From assembly GCA_016214035.1 (NCBI GenBank), contig JACRPF010000012.1:3051-67050 (forward strand): a stretch of DNA of 64,000 nucleotides. The letters run 5' to 3'. The first letter of the stretch is position 1. Every line of letters starts with the position of its first letter. The position numbers and the translations under genes are program-made. The notes under the pieces were generated by a model. It was not told where the DNA came from and made no database searches. It saw only the letters and a program-made list of their open reading frames with translations. Source of the DNA: Spirochaetota bacterium. Its GTDB lineage: Bacteria; Spirochaetota; Brachyspiria; Brachyspirales; JACRPF01. Positions 39,106 through 47,820 of this stretch are shown here, one piece after another.

Positions 39106-40923
39106 ATGGTAGACATAAAAAAAGTACGCAATTTCTGCATTATCGCCCACATCGATCACGGCAAGTCAACGCTTGCCGACCGCATCCTTGAGGTGACCAA
39201 GGCTATCGCCAAGCGCGATATGCGCGACCAGATACTCGATTCGATGGACATCGAACGGGAACGCGGCATCACGATAAAAAGCCAGGCGGTACGCCTGAAC
39301 TTCACGTCAAAGAACGGCGAGACCTATACGTTCAATCTCATCGATACGCCGGGGCATGTGGATTTCAATTATGAGGTCTCACGTTCGCTTGCCGCCTGCG
39401 AAGGCGCGGTGCTGCTCGTCGACGCGAGCCAGGGCGTTGAGGCGCAGACGATAGCCAATTTCTATCTCGCGTTCAACAGCAATCTTGAGATAGTCCCGGT
39501 GATCAATAAGATCGACCTTCCCGGCGCGAACATCGAAGAATCTAAGCGCCAGATGGTGAAGGAATTCGCCGTTGATGAAAAGGACATCGTCTGCATCAGC
39601 GCGAAGATGGGGCAGGGGATAACCGACGTTCTTGAAAAGGTCATCGAGAAGATTCCGCCGCCGCAGGACAACCGCGACAAGCCGCTGCGCGCGCTCATCT
39701 TCGATTCGTTCTACGACTCCTTCCGCGGCGCGGTAATGATAGTACGCGTTCGCGACGGCGTGCTCCGCAAGGGTGACGCGCTTAAGCTCTTCTCGAACGG
39801 CCGCGAGTGTCAGGTGGAAGAATGCGGATCACTTCTTCTCGGGCTCTATCCGAAGGATGAACTTGCGTCCGGCGAAGTGGGCTATATCGTCAGCGGCATC
39901 AAAAGCATCCACGACGTGAAGATAGGCGATACGGTTCTTTCGGCGGTGAATACTGCCACCGAACCGCTGCCGGGCTACCGCGAAGTGAAGCAGATGGTGT
40001 TCGCGGGCATGTATCCGTCGCTGAACGAAGAATACGACATGCTCAAAAAGGCACTTGATAAACTGCACCTGAACGACGCCGCGCTCACGTATGAGCCCGA
40101 ATCGTCGGTGGCGCTCGGTTTCGGATTCCGCTGCGGTTTTCTGGGTCTCCTGCACCTAGAGATTATACAGGAACGGCTGGAACGTGAATCGGGCATAGAC
40201 CTTGTGGTCACGAGCCCGTCGGTGAAGCTCAAAATGCTTACGACGAAGGGCGAGGAAAAGTGGGTGAACAATCCGGCGGATTTCCCCGCGGCCAGCGTCA
40301 TCGAAAAAATATACGAACCGTATGTGAAGGCGATGATAATCGTCCCGAAGGAATTTCTCGGCAATATCATCACACTCTGCATCGAGAAACGCGGCATACA
40401 GACGTCGATGAACTATATCGATGACAAGCTCGTTGAAATAAATTATGAACTCCCGCTCATCGAAATATTGTATGATTTTTTCGATAAACTGAAATCATAC
40501 TCGCGCGGTTACGCTTCGCTTGATTATGAGCTTCTCGACTACCGCGAGGGCGAGATTGTCAAAATAGACATCCTTGTCGCCGGCGATCCGGTGGATGCGC
40601 TTTCAGTCATCGCGCACAAGTCCAATTCGGTCATGCGCGGCAGACAGATCATCGAAAAACTGAGGAAGCTCATACCGAAGCAGATGTTCCAGATAGCACT
40701 GCAGGCGGGCATCAGCGGGAACATCATCGCCCGTGAGAATATCGCCCCGCTCAGGAAGAACGTCATCGCCAAATGCTACGGCGGCGATATCACCCGAAAG
40801 CGGAAACTCCTCGAGAAGCAGAAAGAGGGTAAAAAACGGATGAAATCGATCGGTAATGTTGATATCCCGCAGGAAGCGTTTATCAGCATCCTCAATGTCG
40901 ATGACGACGTTGAAGAGGAATAG
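39106..40923 (+). CDS. lepA: elongation factor 4 (LepA)
   Basis: 605 aa. G1 NFCIIAHIDHGKSTLADR, G3 DTPGHVDF, NKID, and a LepA-specific C-terminal domain. Confidence 0.95.
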   Translation: MVDIKKVRNFCIIAHIDHGKSTLADRILEVTKAIAKRDMRDQILDSMDIERERGITIKSQAVRLNFTSKNGETYTFNLIDTPGHVDFNYEVSRSLAACEGAVLLVDASQGVEAQTIANFYLAFNSNLEIVPVINKIDLPGANIEESKRQMVKEFAVDEKDIVCISAKMGQGITDVLEKVIEKIPPPQDNRDKPLRALIFDSFYDSFRGAVMIVRVRDGVLRKGDALKLFSNGRECQVEECGSLLLGLYPKDELASGEVGYIVSGIKSIHDVKIGDTVLSAVNTATEPLPGYREVKQMVFAGMYPSLNEEYDMLKKALDKLHLNDAALTYEPESSVALGFGFRCGFLGLLHLEIIQERLERESGIDLVVTSPSVKLKMLTTKGEEKWVNNPADFPAASVIEKIYEPYVKAMIIVPKEFLGNIITLCIEKRGIQTSMNYIDDKLVEINYELPLIEILYDFFDKLKSYSRGYASLDYELLDYREGEIVKIDILVAGDPVDALSVIAHKSNSVMRGRQIIEKLRKLIPKQMFQIALQAGISGNIIARENIAPLRKNVIAKCYGGDITRKRKLLEKQKEGKKRMKSIGNVDIPQEAFISILNVDDDVEEE

Positions 40924-40946
40924 CTCTTTTCTGCTGCCGTTTTCTA

Positions 40947-40975
40947 TTGACTAAATCGGCGCATTGCCGTATTAT
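40947..40975 (+). promoter_or_regulatory. sigma-70-type promoter for metK
   Basis: TTGACT (40947-40952), 17-nt spacer, TATTAT (40970-40975). A ~47-nt leader carries SD GAGGAG. Confidence 0.55.
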
Positions 40976-41028
40976 GTGGCGCGTTACTAATGAACCTTAA
41001 AATGTAAACTACCGCTGAGGAGACAACG

Positions 41029-42201
41029 ATGAGCGACACGAGAAACTATTTTTTCACTTCAGAATCCGTCACTGAAGGGCATCCCGATAAAATATGCGAT
41101 CAGATATCCGACGGCGTGCTTGACGCCTGCCTCGCCGAGGACAAGAACTCGCGCGTGGCCTGTGAATCGCTCGCGAAGACCGGCATGATAATCGTTGCCG
41201 GCGAGATAACCACCTCGGCTACGCTTGACTATCAGAAGATAGTCCGCGATACCGTGAAACGCATCGGCTATTCGGACAGCGCCATGGGTTTTGACTATAA
41301 GACCTGCGCGGTGCTTGTGGCCGTTGAACAGCAGTCCCCCGATATTTCTCAGGGCGTTACCAAAGGCAAAGGCCTTCACAAAGAACAGGGCGCCGGCGAC
41401 CAGGGCATCATGTTCGGCTATGCCATCAACGAGACAAAAAGCCTCATGCCGCTCACCATATATCTTGCGAACCGGCTTTCCGAGCAGCTTTCCAAAGTCC
41501 GCCGTGACGGCACCATGCCGTATCTCCGGCCGGACGGAAAATCGCAGGTTACCATCGAATACAAGAACGGCAAAGCTGCGCGTGTCGACGCCGTTGTCGT
41601 GTCAAGCCAGCATTCGGATGATGTTACCCACAAACAGATTGAAACCGACGTGAAAAAGCATGTCATCAACCCGGTGTTCGAGGCTGAAGGCATCACCGAT
41701 ATGCTCGATTCGAAGACAAAGCATTACATCAATCCCACCGGACGTTTCGTTGTGGGCGGACCGCAGGGCGACTGCGGGCTTACCGGCAGAAAGATCATCG
41801 TCGATACCTACGGCGGACATGGAGCACACGGCGGCGGCGCTTTCTCGGGCAAGGATCCGTCGAAGGTGGACCGTTCGGCCTGCTATATGGCCCGCTACAT
41901 CGCGAAGAATATCGTCGCGGCGAAACTCGCGGAACGCTGCCTCGTTCAGCTTTCATACGCCATCGGCGTGGCGCAGCCGCTCTCGATATTCGTCGACACC
42001 TACGGCACCGGCAAACGCCCCGATGACGAGATAACGAAGATCATTCAGAAACATTTCGATCTTTCACCGGAAGGCATCATCCGGAAACTCGATCTGAAAC
42101 GCCCGATATATCAGAAAACGGCCGCGTTCGGTCACTTCGGCCGCGAGCTACCTGAATTTACCTGGGAAAAAACGGATTCGGTGAAGGTATTCGCGAAATA
42201 G
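41029..42201 (+). CDS. metK: S-adenosylmethionine synthetase
   Basis: 390 aa. [48 protein letters not shown]. Confidence 0.95.
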   Translation: MSDTRNYFFTSESVTEGHPDKICDQISDGVLDACLAEDKNSRVACESLAKTGMIIVAGEITTSATLDYQKIVRDTVKRIGYSDSAMGFDYKTCAVLVAVEQQSPDISQGVTKGKGLHKEQGAGDQGIMFGYAINETKSLMPLTIYLANRLSEQLSKVRRDGTMPYLRPDGKSQVTIEYKNGKAARVDAVVVSSQHSDDVTHKQIETDVKKHVINPVFEAEGITDMLDSKTKHYINPTGRFVVGGPQGDCGLTGRKIIVDTYGGHGAHGGGAFSGKDPSKVDRSACYMARYIAKNIVAAKLAERCLVQLSYAIGVAQPLSIFVDTYGTGKRPDDEITKIIQKHFDLSPEGIIRKLDLKRPIYQKTAAFGHFGRELPEFTWEKTDSVKVFAK

Positions 42202-42246
42202 CGCGGGCCATTAAATATCCCGATCTGAATAGATAATAGCACCCCT

Positions 42247-42360
42247 AAGCGCATGGATGCGCTGCAATAACGTGGAGTAAGCTATATCCGCGCTATCGCC
42301 GAGCGCAAGCGGTGCTGGATGCCCCGCGAGAGCGACGATAAATTATCTAGATAATTTACG
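42247..42360 (+). repeat. dispersed intergenic repeat family, copy B
   Basis: AGCGCAT-GG-ATGCGCT hairpin plus GCAATAA, then ..CGCCGAGCGCAAGCGGTGCTGGATGCCCCGCGAGAGCGACGATAAATTA. Lies between the convergent metK and channel genes. Confidence 0.6.
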
Positions 42361-42401
42361 CGAGGATAGACACTAATTCAGGCAAATAGAACGCGCCTTT
42401 A

Positions 42402-43871
42402 TCATTCTTTCGGCTGTTTTGTCTTAGCCTGTGTGTCCCGCATATTCGCTTCGGCGACCTGCTTTACCTGCGTGTCGAACTCGGGATATTTGCTCCGTAA
42501 AACGTCGAAATCACTTTTCTCAAGTTTGTATACATCGCAGTAACTGACCGCGCGTATGCTGGCGGTACGTTTCTCGCCCTGAATAAGCGCCGTCTCGCCG
42601 AACGGTGAACCCGTGCCGAGATGCGCGACGATGTTGTTATTCACGACAACTTCCACATCGCCGACGCTCAGGAAGTACATGCAGTCGCCGAATTCCCCCT
42701 GCCGGATGATATAGTCGTTGGGCAGGAATACCATGGGCTTTAACAGCTGCGTGATCTCACGTATGAATATGTCATTTGCGTTCCTGAACAGCGACACCTT
42801 TTCCAGTATACCGCGGTTCATGAACAGCGATATTTCCATGGCCAGCGTGTAGGGAAGTTCTTCCATAACACTGCCGGTAGCCGCGCTTTTCTGTGTTTCC
42901 CAGAGATAGTTGTAATAATTGCGTACTTTCTGCTGCAATGGTGCCGGAACGCTCTTGGTCCGCATGTAATCATTCACTTCCTCAAGCTTTTTGAGGAAGT
43001 TGGCTTTTGCCACGTCGAGATTGGCGATAAGTCCCGATACGTTACCGATGATGTAGCCGTACATGCCTACGCCGAATATCTGCGCGACGATGGTGAAGAT
43101 TATCTCTACGTTCTTTTCATGGTTCGGGTAGTAATCGCCGTAACCGATGGTTGCCACCGTGGTGACGGTCCAATAGAGCGCCCGGATGTACTGGTCCATG
43201 TGCGAGCGGTTCTGCTCAACCGCGCCTATCATTATCCAGCCGAGGGCGATGAAGTGCACCATCTGGATGAACCAGAAGGCGAAAACGCTCAGACGCATGA
43301 CGCCGGGATTGATGTTCAGCGCGGTCTGAATCTCACGGAAGGTACCGCTTGCCTTGGTGAGTTTCAGGAGCCGGAAGAACCAGAACGACGCGAGTATGTT
43401 CGCGACAACAGGATTATGCAGGGTTTCGGGCCGGAACAAACCGATGAATATAGGGAAGGGGAAAGCTGCCAGAAAGTCGAATATGAACCATGATCTGAGA
43501 TATGTTTTAATGATCGTAGGCCGGTCCGATATGACATCGAGCTTTTTTTTCACCGATAAATTAAGGTTTACGAAAATATCCAATGAAAATATCACCGTAA
43601 AGAGCACGTAGATAAAGTCGGTTTTATCTTCGCCGTGAACCATGCGGTATGAAAATATGATTGTTGCCGCGAGAATTGAAAGAACGATGAAAACATTCCA
43701 GAATACACGGAATTTACTGTCATACGGTATCACAGGGATAGAGAATTTGCTCATAATATCACTCAATTCGGGAAATAACGTTGGTTCCGGTATATTATCG
43801 GTCAGGGGCTGATGAAATGTTATCGTTTCCGCTTGCATTTTTAAGCGCCGCCTGTACAATCGAATGCACAT
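42402..43871 (-). CDS. cyclic-nucleotide-gated/voltage-type K+ channel
   Basis: 6-TM core with S4-like FWFFRLLKLTK; selectivity filter TVATIGYGDYYP; C-terminal cNMP-binding domain FGETALIQGEKRTASIRA. The start may instead be the ATG at 43838 (MQAETITF). Confidence 0.85.
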   Translation of the reverse strand: MCIRLYRRRLKMQAETITFHQPLTDNIPEPTLFPELSDIMSKFSIPVIPYDSKFRVFWNVFIVLSILAATIIFSYRMVHGEDKTDFIYVLFTVIFSLDIFVNLNLSVKKKLDVISDRPTIIKTYLRSWFIFDFLAAFPFPIFIGLFRPETLHNPVVANILASFWFFRLLKLTKASGTFREIQTALNINPGVMRLSVFAFWFIQMVHFIALGWIMIGAVEQNRSHMDQYIRALYWTVTTVATIGYGDYYPNHEKNVEIIFTIVAQIFGVGMYGYIIGNVSGLIANLDVAKANFLKKLEEVNDYMRTKSVPAPLQQKVRNYYNYLWETQKSAATGSVMEELPYTLAMEISLFMNRGILEKVSLFRNANDIFIREITQLLKPMVFLPNDYIIRQGEFGDCMYFLSVGDVEVVVNNNIVAHLGTGSPFGETALIQGEKRTASIRAVSYCDVYKLEKSDFDVLRSKYPEFDTQVKQVAEANMRDTQAKTKQPKE

Positions 43872-43880
43872 CAGCTAACT

Positions 43881-45761
43881 ATGGAAACACCCGCACGAAA
43901 AACACTGTTACCTCTGAGCGTCGGCGCATTGGGCGTGGTCTTTGGTGACATCGGAACATCACCGTTATACACCCTTCGCGAGTGTTTTTCACCGCAGCAC
44001 GGCCTTTCATACACATTTCCGGACGTTGCGGGGATATTATCGCTTGTTTTCTGGGCGTTGACGCTTGTCGTCACGGTAAAATACGTCACCTTCATCATGC
44101 GGGCGGACAATCAGGGCGAAGGCGGCATTCTCTCGCTGCTTGCGCTTATTATAGGCAATCGTGACATCAAAAAGACCGTTTTCCCCATCGTCGTGGTGGG
44201 TCTTACCGGTATGTCGCTCCTCCTCGCAGAAGGCATGATAACGCCGGCTATTACCGTGTTGAGCGCCGTTGAAGGGCTTAAAATGGCCGCGAGCGGCATG
44301 CAGCCGTTCATTATACCTATCAGCATCATCATCCTTATTGCGCTGTTCTTCATTCAGCGGCGCGGCACCGGTTTTATCGGCGTGATATTCGGGCCGCTCA
44401 TGATAGTCTGGTTCCTGTCTATCGCCGCACTCGGCATCAATTCCATCATCAAATCGCCTGAAATACTCTGGGCTGTCAATCCCTGGTTCGCGATGCAGTT
44501 CTTTATGACGCATAAAATAGCCGGCGTATTGGTGCTCGGCGCCGTAGTGCTTGCCATCACCGGGGCGGAAGCGCTGTATGCCGACCTCGGCCATTTCGGG
44601 AAATCACCGATACGGCTTGCATGGCTCGCGCTCGTTTTTCCATCACTCGTCCTTAATTATTTCGGGCAGGGAGCCGCGGTGCTCCGTCACGGCGAGGCTG
44701 CCGTTGCCAATCCTTTCTTCTATATCGCGCCGTCGTGGGCGCTTTTTCCGATGATAGCTATCGCAACCATCGCCGCGGTGATTGCTTCTCAGGCGCTCAT
44801 ATCCGGGGCTTTCTCTCTGGTGCAGCAGGCAATGCAGCTCGGGTATGTACCTAAGATGAAAATCATTCACACGTCATACGCCACACACGGTCAGATTTAT
44901 ATGCCGGTTATCAACTATTTTCTCATGTTCGCATGCATCTTCCTTGTCATGTTTTTCCGCTCATCGAGCAATCTCGCCTCCGCATACGGTATTTCCGTCA
45001 TGGGGACGATGACCTGTACAAGTATTCTTTTTTTCATCATGTCGCGGCAGGTATGGCGCTGGCCGCTGGCGCTGAGTATGGTCATCTGTATGGTTTTTTT
45101 CGTCGTGGACGGTACGTTCCTGTCCGCCAATGCGAATAAGGTGATGAGCGGCGGATGGTTCCCTGTTGTCGTTGCCATAGTGTTTTTCACGGTGATGCAG
45201 ACCTGGAAGCGCGGCAGTACGGAAATACACCGCATCATGTCCGCGGGAAGCGTTCCGTTCGACAATTTTCTGAACGGCCTCGCGCACAAGCAGTACGCGG
45301 TCACCCGTATACCCGGCACCGCGGTGTTCATGATCGGCAACCCGAAGAACAAGCTCAGCGTACTCCTGCATCACCTCAAACACAATAAATCCCTGCATGA
45401 GTCGGTTATCCTTCTCTCATTCGCCTTTGATAAGGTGCCGTCGGTGGCGCGCAGTGAACGGTTGTCTATCGTGCGTCACATTGAGGGCTTCTGCGAGATC
45501 CGCGCGCGCTTCGGCTATATGGAATCGCCGCGTATAGATGAGGTCATCGAGCTTTGCAATGAGAACGGCTTCACGCTGAACGTGTATCAGCTGAGTTTCT
45601 TTGTGGGCAGGATCAGTCTCAGCGTCAGTGAAAAGCCGGGCTCCGGCAATTGGCCGCGGCGGCTTTTCCGGTTCATGCACCGGAACGCGGAATCGGCCAT
45701 CGATTATTTCGGCATACCGCCCGGACGCGTTATTGAAGTCGGCACGCAGATAGAACTTTGA
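43881..45761 (+). CDS. kup: KUP/HAK/KT potassium uptake protein (copy 1)
   Basis: 626 aa. GALGVVFGDIGTSPLYTLRECF and RADNQGEGGILSL. Confidence 0.9.
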   Translation: METPARKTLLPLSVGALGVVFGDIGTSPLYTLRECFSPQHGLSYTFPDVAGILSLVFWALTLVVTVKYVTFIMRADNQGEGGILSLLALIIGNRDIKKTVFPIVVVGLTGMSLLLAEGMITPAITVLSAVEGLKMAASGMQPFIIPISIIILIALFFIQRRGTGFIGVIFGPLMIVWFLSIAALGINSIIKSPEILWAVNPWFAMQFFMTHKIAGVLVLGAVVLAITGAEALYADLGHFGKSPIRLAWLALVFPSLVLNYFGQGAAVLRHGEAAVANPFFYIAPSWALFPMIAIATIAAVIASQALISGAFSLVQQAMQLGYVPKMKIIHTSYATHGQIYMPVINYFLMFACIFLVMFFRSSSNLASAYGISVMGTMTCTSILFFIMSRQVWRWPLALSMVICMVFFVVDGTFLSANANKVMSGGWFPVVVAIVFFTVMQTWKRGSTEIHRIMSAGSVPFDNFLNGLAHKQYAVTRIPGTAVFMIGNPKNKLSVLLHHLKHNKSLHESVILLSFAFDKVPSVARSERLSIVRHIEGFCEIRARFGYMESPRIDEVIELCNENGFTLNVYQLSFFVGRISLSVSEKPGSGNWPRRLFRFMHRNAESAIDYFGIPPGRVIEVGTQIEL

Positions 45762-45788
45762 AGTACGAATTCCCATGGGAGATATGCA

Positions 45789-47693
45789 ATGTCTTCTGAT
45801 ACAGGCAATGATTCGCTGAAAAAAGCGATAGCCCCGCTGAGTCTCGGCGCGCTTGGTGTCGTATTCGGCGATATCGGCACATCACCGCTCTATACGCTTC
45901 GCGAGTGCTTTAAACCGGCGCACGGGCTTACATTCTCGTTTCCCGATGTTGTCGGTGTCGCCTCGCTGATATTCTGGGCTATCGTAATGGTGGTCGTGGT
46001 GAAATACGTCGTGTTCATCATGCGGGCGGACAACCAGGGCGAGGGCGGCATTCTTTCACTGCTCGCACACATTATCCACAGCAGCAGTCCGGATCAGAAA
46101 AAATCGAAACGATATTCGCTGATCATCATCGTTGGGCTTGTCGGTACTGCGCTTCTGCTTGCCGACGGTATGATTACACCCGCTATCAGCGTACTCGGCG
46201 CTATCGAGGGATTGAAGACCGCTTCGCCCGGTTTCGAGCGTTATATCGTACCGCTTGCCATTGTCATATTGACCGCGTTATTTCTGTTCCAGCGCAGCGG
46301 TACCGCACGCATCGGTATTGTGTTCGGTCCGGTCATGGTTATATGGTTTCTGACAATAGGAACGCTCGGTCTCGTGTCCATCATCCGTTCGCCCGAGGTG
46401 CTCTGGGGTCTTAATCCCTGGTACGCGGTGCGTTACTTTCTTATACACAAGATTGCCGGTGTGCTGATACTGGGCGCGGTGGTACTGGCGATAACCGGCG
46501 CCGAAGCGCTTTTTGCCGATCTCGGTCATTTCGGGAAACGGCCCATCCGCATAGCGTGGTTCGCGCTCGTGTTTCCGGCATTGATACTCAATTATTTCGG
46601 GCAGAGCGCCGCGGTGCTCCGTGACGGTGCGGCTGCTATTGTGAACCCGTTTTATTATATCGCCCCGTCATGGGCGCTGTACCCGGTCATCATCATCGCG
46701 ACCGCAGCTGCGATCATCGCATCGCAGGCGCTCATTTCCGGCGCTTTTTCGCTCGTGCAGCAGGCGATGCAGCTTGGTTATGTGCCGAAGATGAAGATCG
46801 TCCATACCTCGTTCGATATGCACGGCCAGATATACCTGCCGACGCTCAATTATTTTCTCATGGCAGCCTGTATCTTTCTGGTACTTTTCTTCAAATCGTC
46901 TGATAACCTCGCGTCGGCTTACGGGATATCGGTCATGGGGACGATGCTGTCGACGACGATCCTGTTTTTCGTTGTGACGCGTCAGGTGTGGCGCTGGAAG
47001 CTCATCGCGGCGCTGCCGGTATGTCTGCTCTTCTTTGTTGTTGATGCACTGTTCCTTTCGGCGAATATTTCCAAGATCGTGACGGGCGGATGGTTTCCGG
47101 TGCTGGCTGCGGTCATTTTTCTCACGATGATGCAGACCTGGAAGCGGGGCAGCCTTGAGATATACCGTGCCATGTCGGTTGCCAATGTGCCGTTCGATAA
47201 TTTTCTCAACGGACTTGCCGGCAATCAGTATGATGTGACGCGTCTCTCGGGTACGGCGGTGTTCATGATCGGCAACCTGAATAACAAGCTCAGCGTGCTC
47301 CTGCATCATCTGAAACATAACCGTATGCTCCATGAGACGGTTATCCTCATGTCCATCGTATTCGAGCGTGTGCCGTCGGTTTCGCCGGGGCAGCGTCTTG
47401 ATATCAAGCGATATCAGGAGGGGTTTATCGAGGTCCGCGCACGCTACGGTTATATGGAATCACCGCGCATGGAGGATATCATCGGCCTTCTGAACACGAG
47501 CGGTCTGTCGCTGAATATCCATCAGATAAGTTTTTATGTCGGTCATATAAGTCTTGCCATTTCAAAAAGATCCAAGGCCGCGTGGGGCCGGCATATTTTC
47601 CGGCTCATGCACCGTAATGCGGAATCGGCCATCGATTATTTCGGCATACCGCCGGGACGCGTTATTGAAGTAGGCACGCAGATAGAACTGTAG
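45789..47693 (+). CDS. kup: KUP/HAK/KT potassium uptake protein (copy 2)
   Basis: 634 aa. Same motifs as copy 1; tandem paralogue 27 nt downstream. Confidence 0.9.
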   Translation: MSSDTGNDSLKKAIAPLSLGALGVVFGDIGTSPLYTLRECFKPAHGLTFSFPDVVGVASLIFWAIVMVVVVKYVVFIMRADNQGEGGILSLLAHIIHSSSPDQKKSKRYSLIIIVGLVGTALLLADGMITPAISVLGAIEGLKTASPGFERYIVPLAIVILTALFLFQRSGTARIGIVFGPVMVIWFLTIGTLGLVSIIRSPEVLWGLNPWYAVRYFLIHKIAGVLILGAVVLAITGAEALFADLGHFGKRPIRIAWFALVFPALILNYFGQSAAVLRDGAAAIVNPFYYIAPSWALYPVIIIATAAAIIASQALISGAFSLVQQAMQLGYVPKMKIVHTSFDMHGQIYLPTLNYFLMAACIFLVLFFKSSDNLASAYGISVMGTMLSTTILFFVVTRQVWRWKLIAALPVCLLFFVVDALFLSANISKIVTGGWFPVLAAVIFLTMMQTWKRGSLEIYRAMSVANVPFDNFLNGLAGNQYDVTRLSGTAVFMIGNLNNKLSVLLHHLKHNRMLHETVILMSIVFERVPSVSPGQRLDIKRYQEGFIEVRARYGYMESPRMEDIIGLLNTSGLSLNIHQISFYVGHISLAISKRSKAAWGRHIFRLMHRNAESAIDYFGIPPGRVIEVGTQIEL

Positions 47694-47750
47694 CAGCGTC
47701 AACGTGACGGTGCGCAAACAATAGTATGCGTTTTTTTTATCGCATAATCA

Positions 47751-47779
47751 TTGCAAAAACAACGCCGCTTTGATATAAT
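47751..47779 (+). promoter_or_regulatory. sigma-70-type promoter for the DUF1538/PII-like pair
   Basis: TTGCAA (47751-47756), 17-nt spacer, TGaTATAAT extended -10 (hexamer 47774-47779). Preceded by a T8 run (47731-47738) after a weak hairpin downstream of kup copy 2. Confidence 0.6.
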
Positions 47780-47820
47780 AAATTTGTGCGGTGATTTCAA
47801 CATCATTCGGGGAGCGTACC

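Noticed and set aside
40924-41028. Possible SAM riboswitch upstream of metK
   Set aside because: The promoter at 40947-40975 leaves only ~47 nt of leader, too short for a SAM-I/II/IV aptamer. No conserved riboswitch core is seen.
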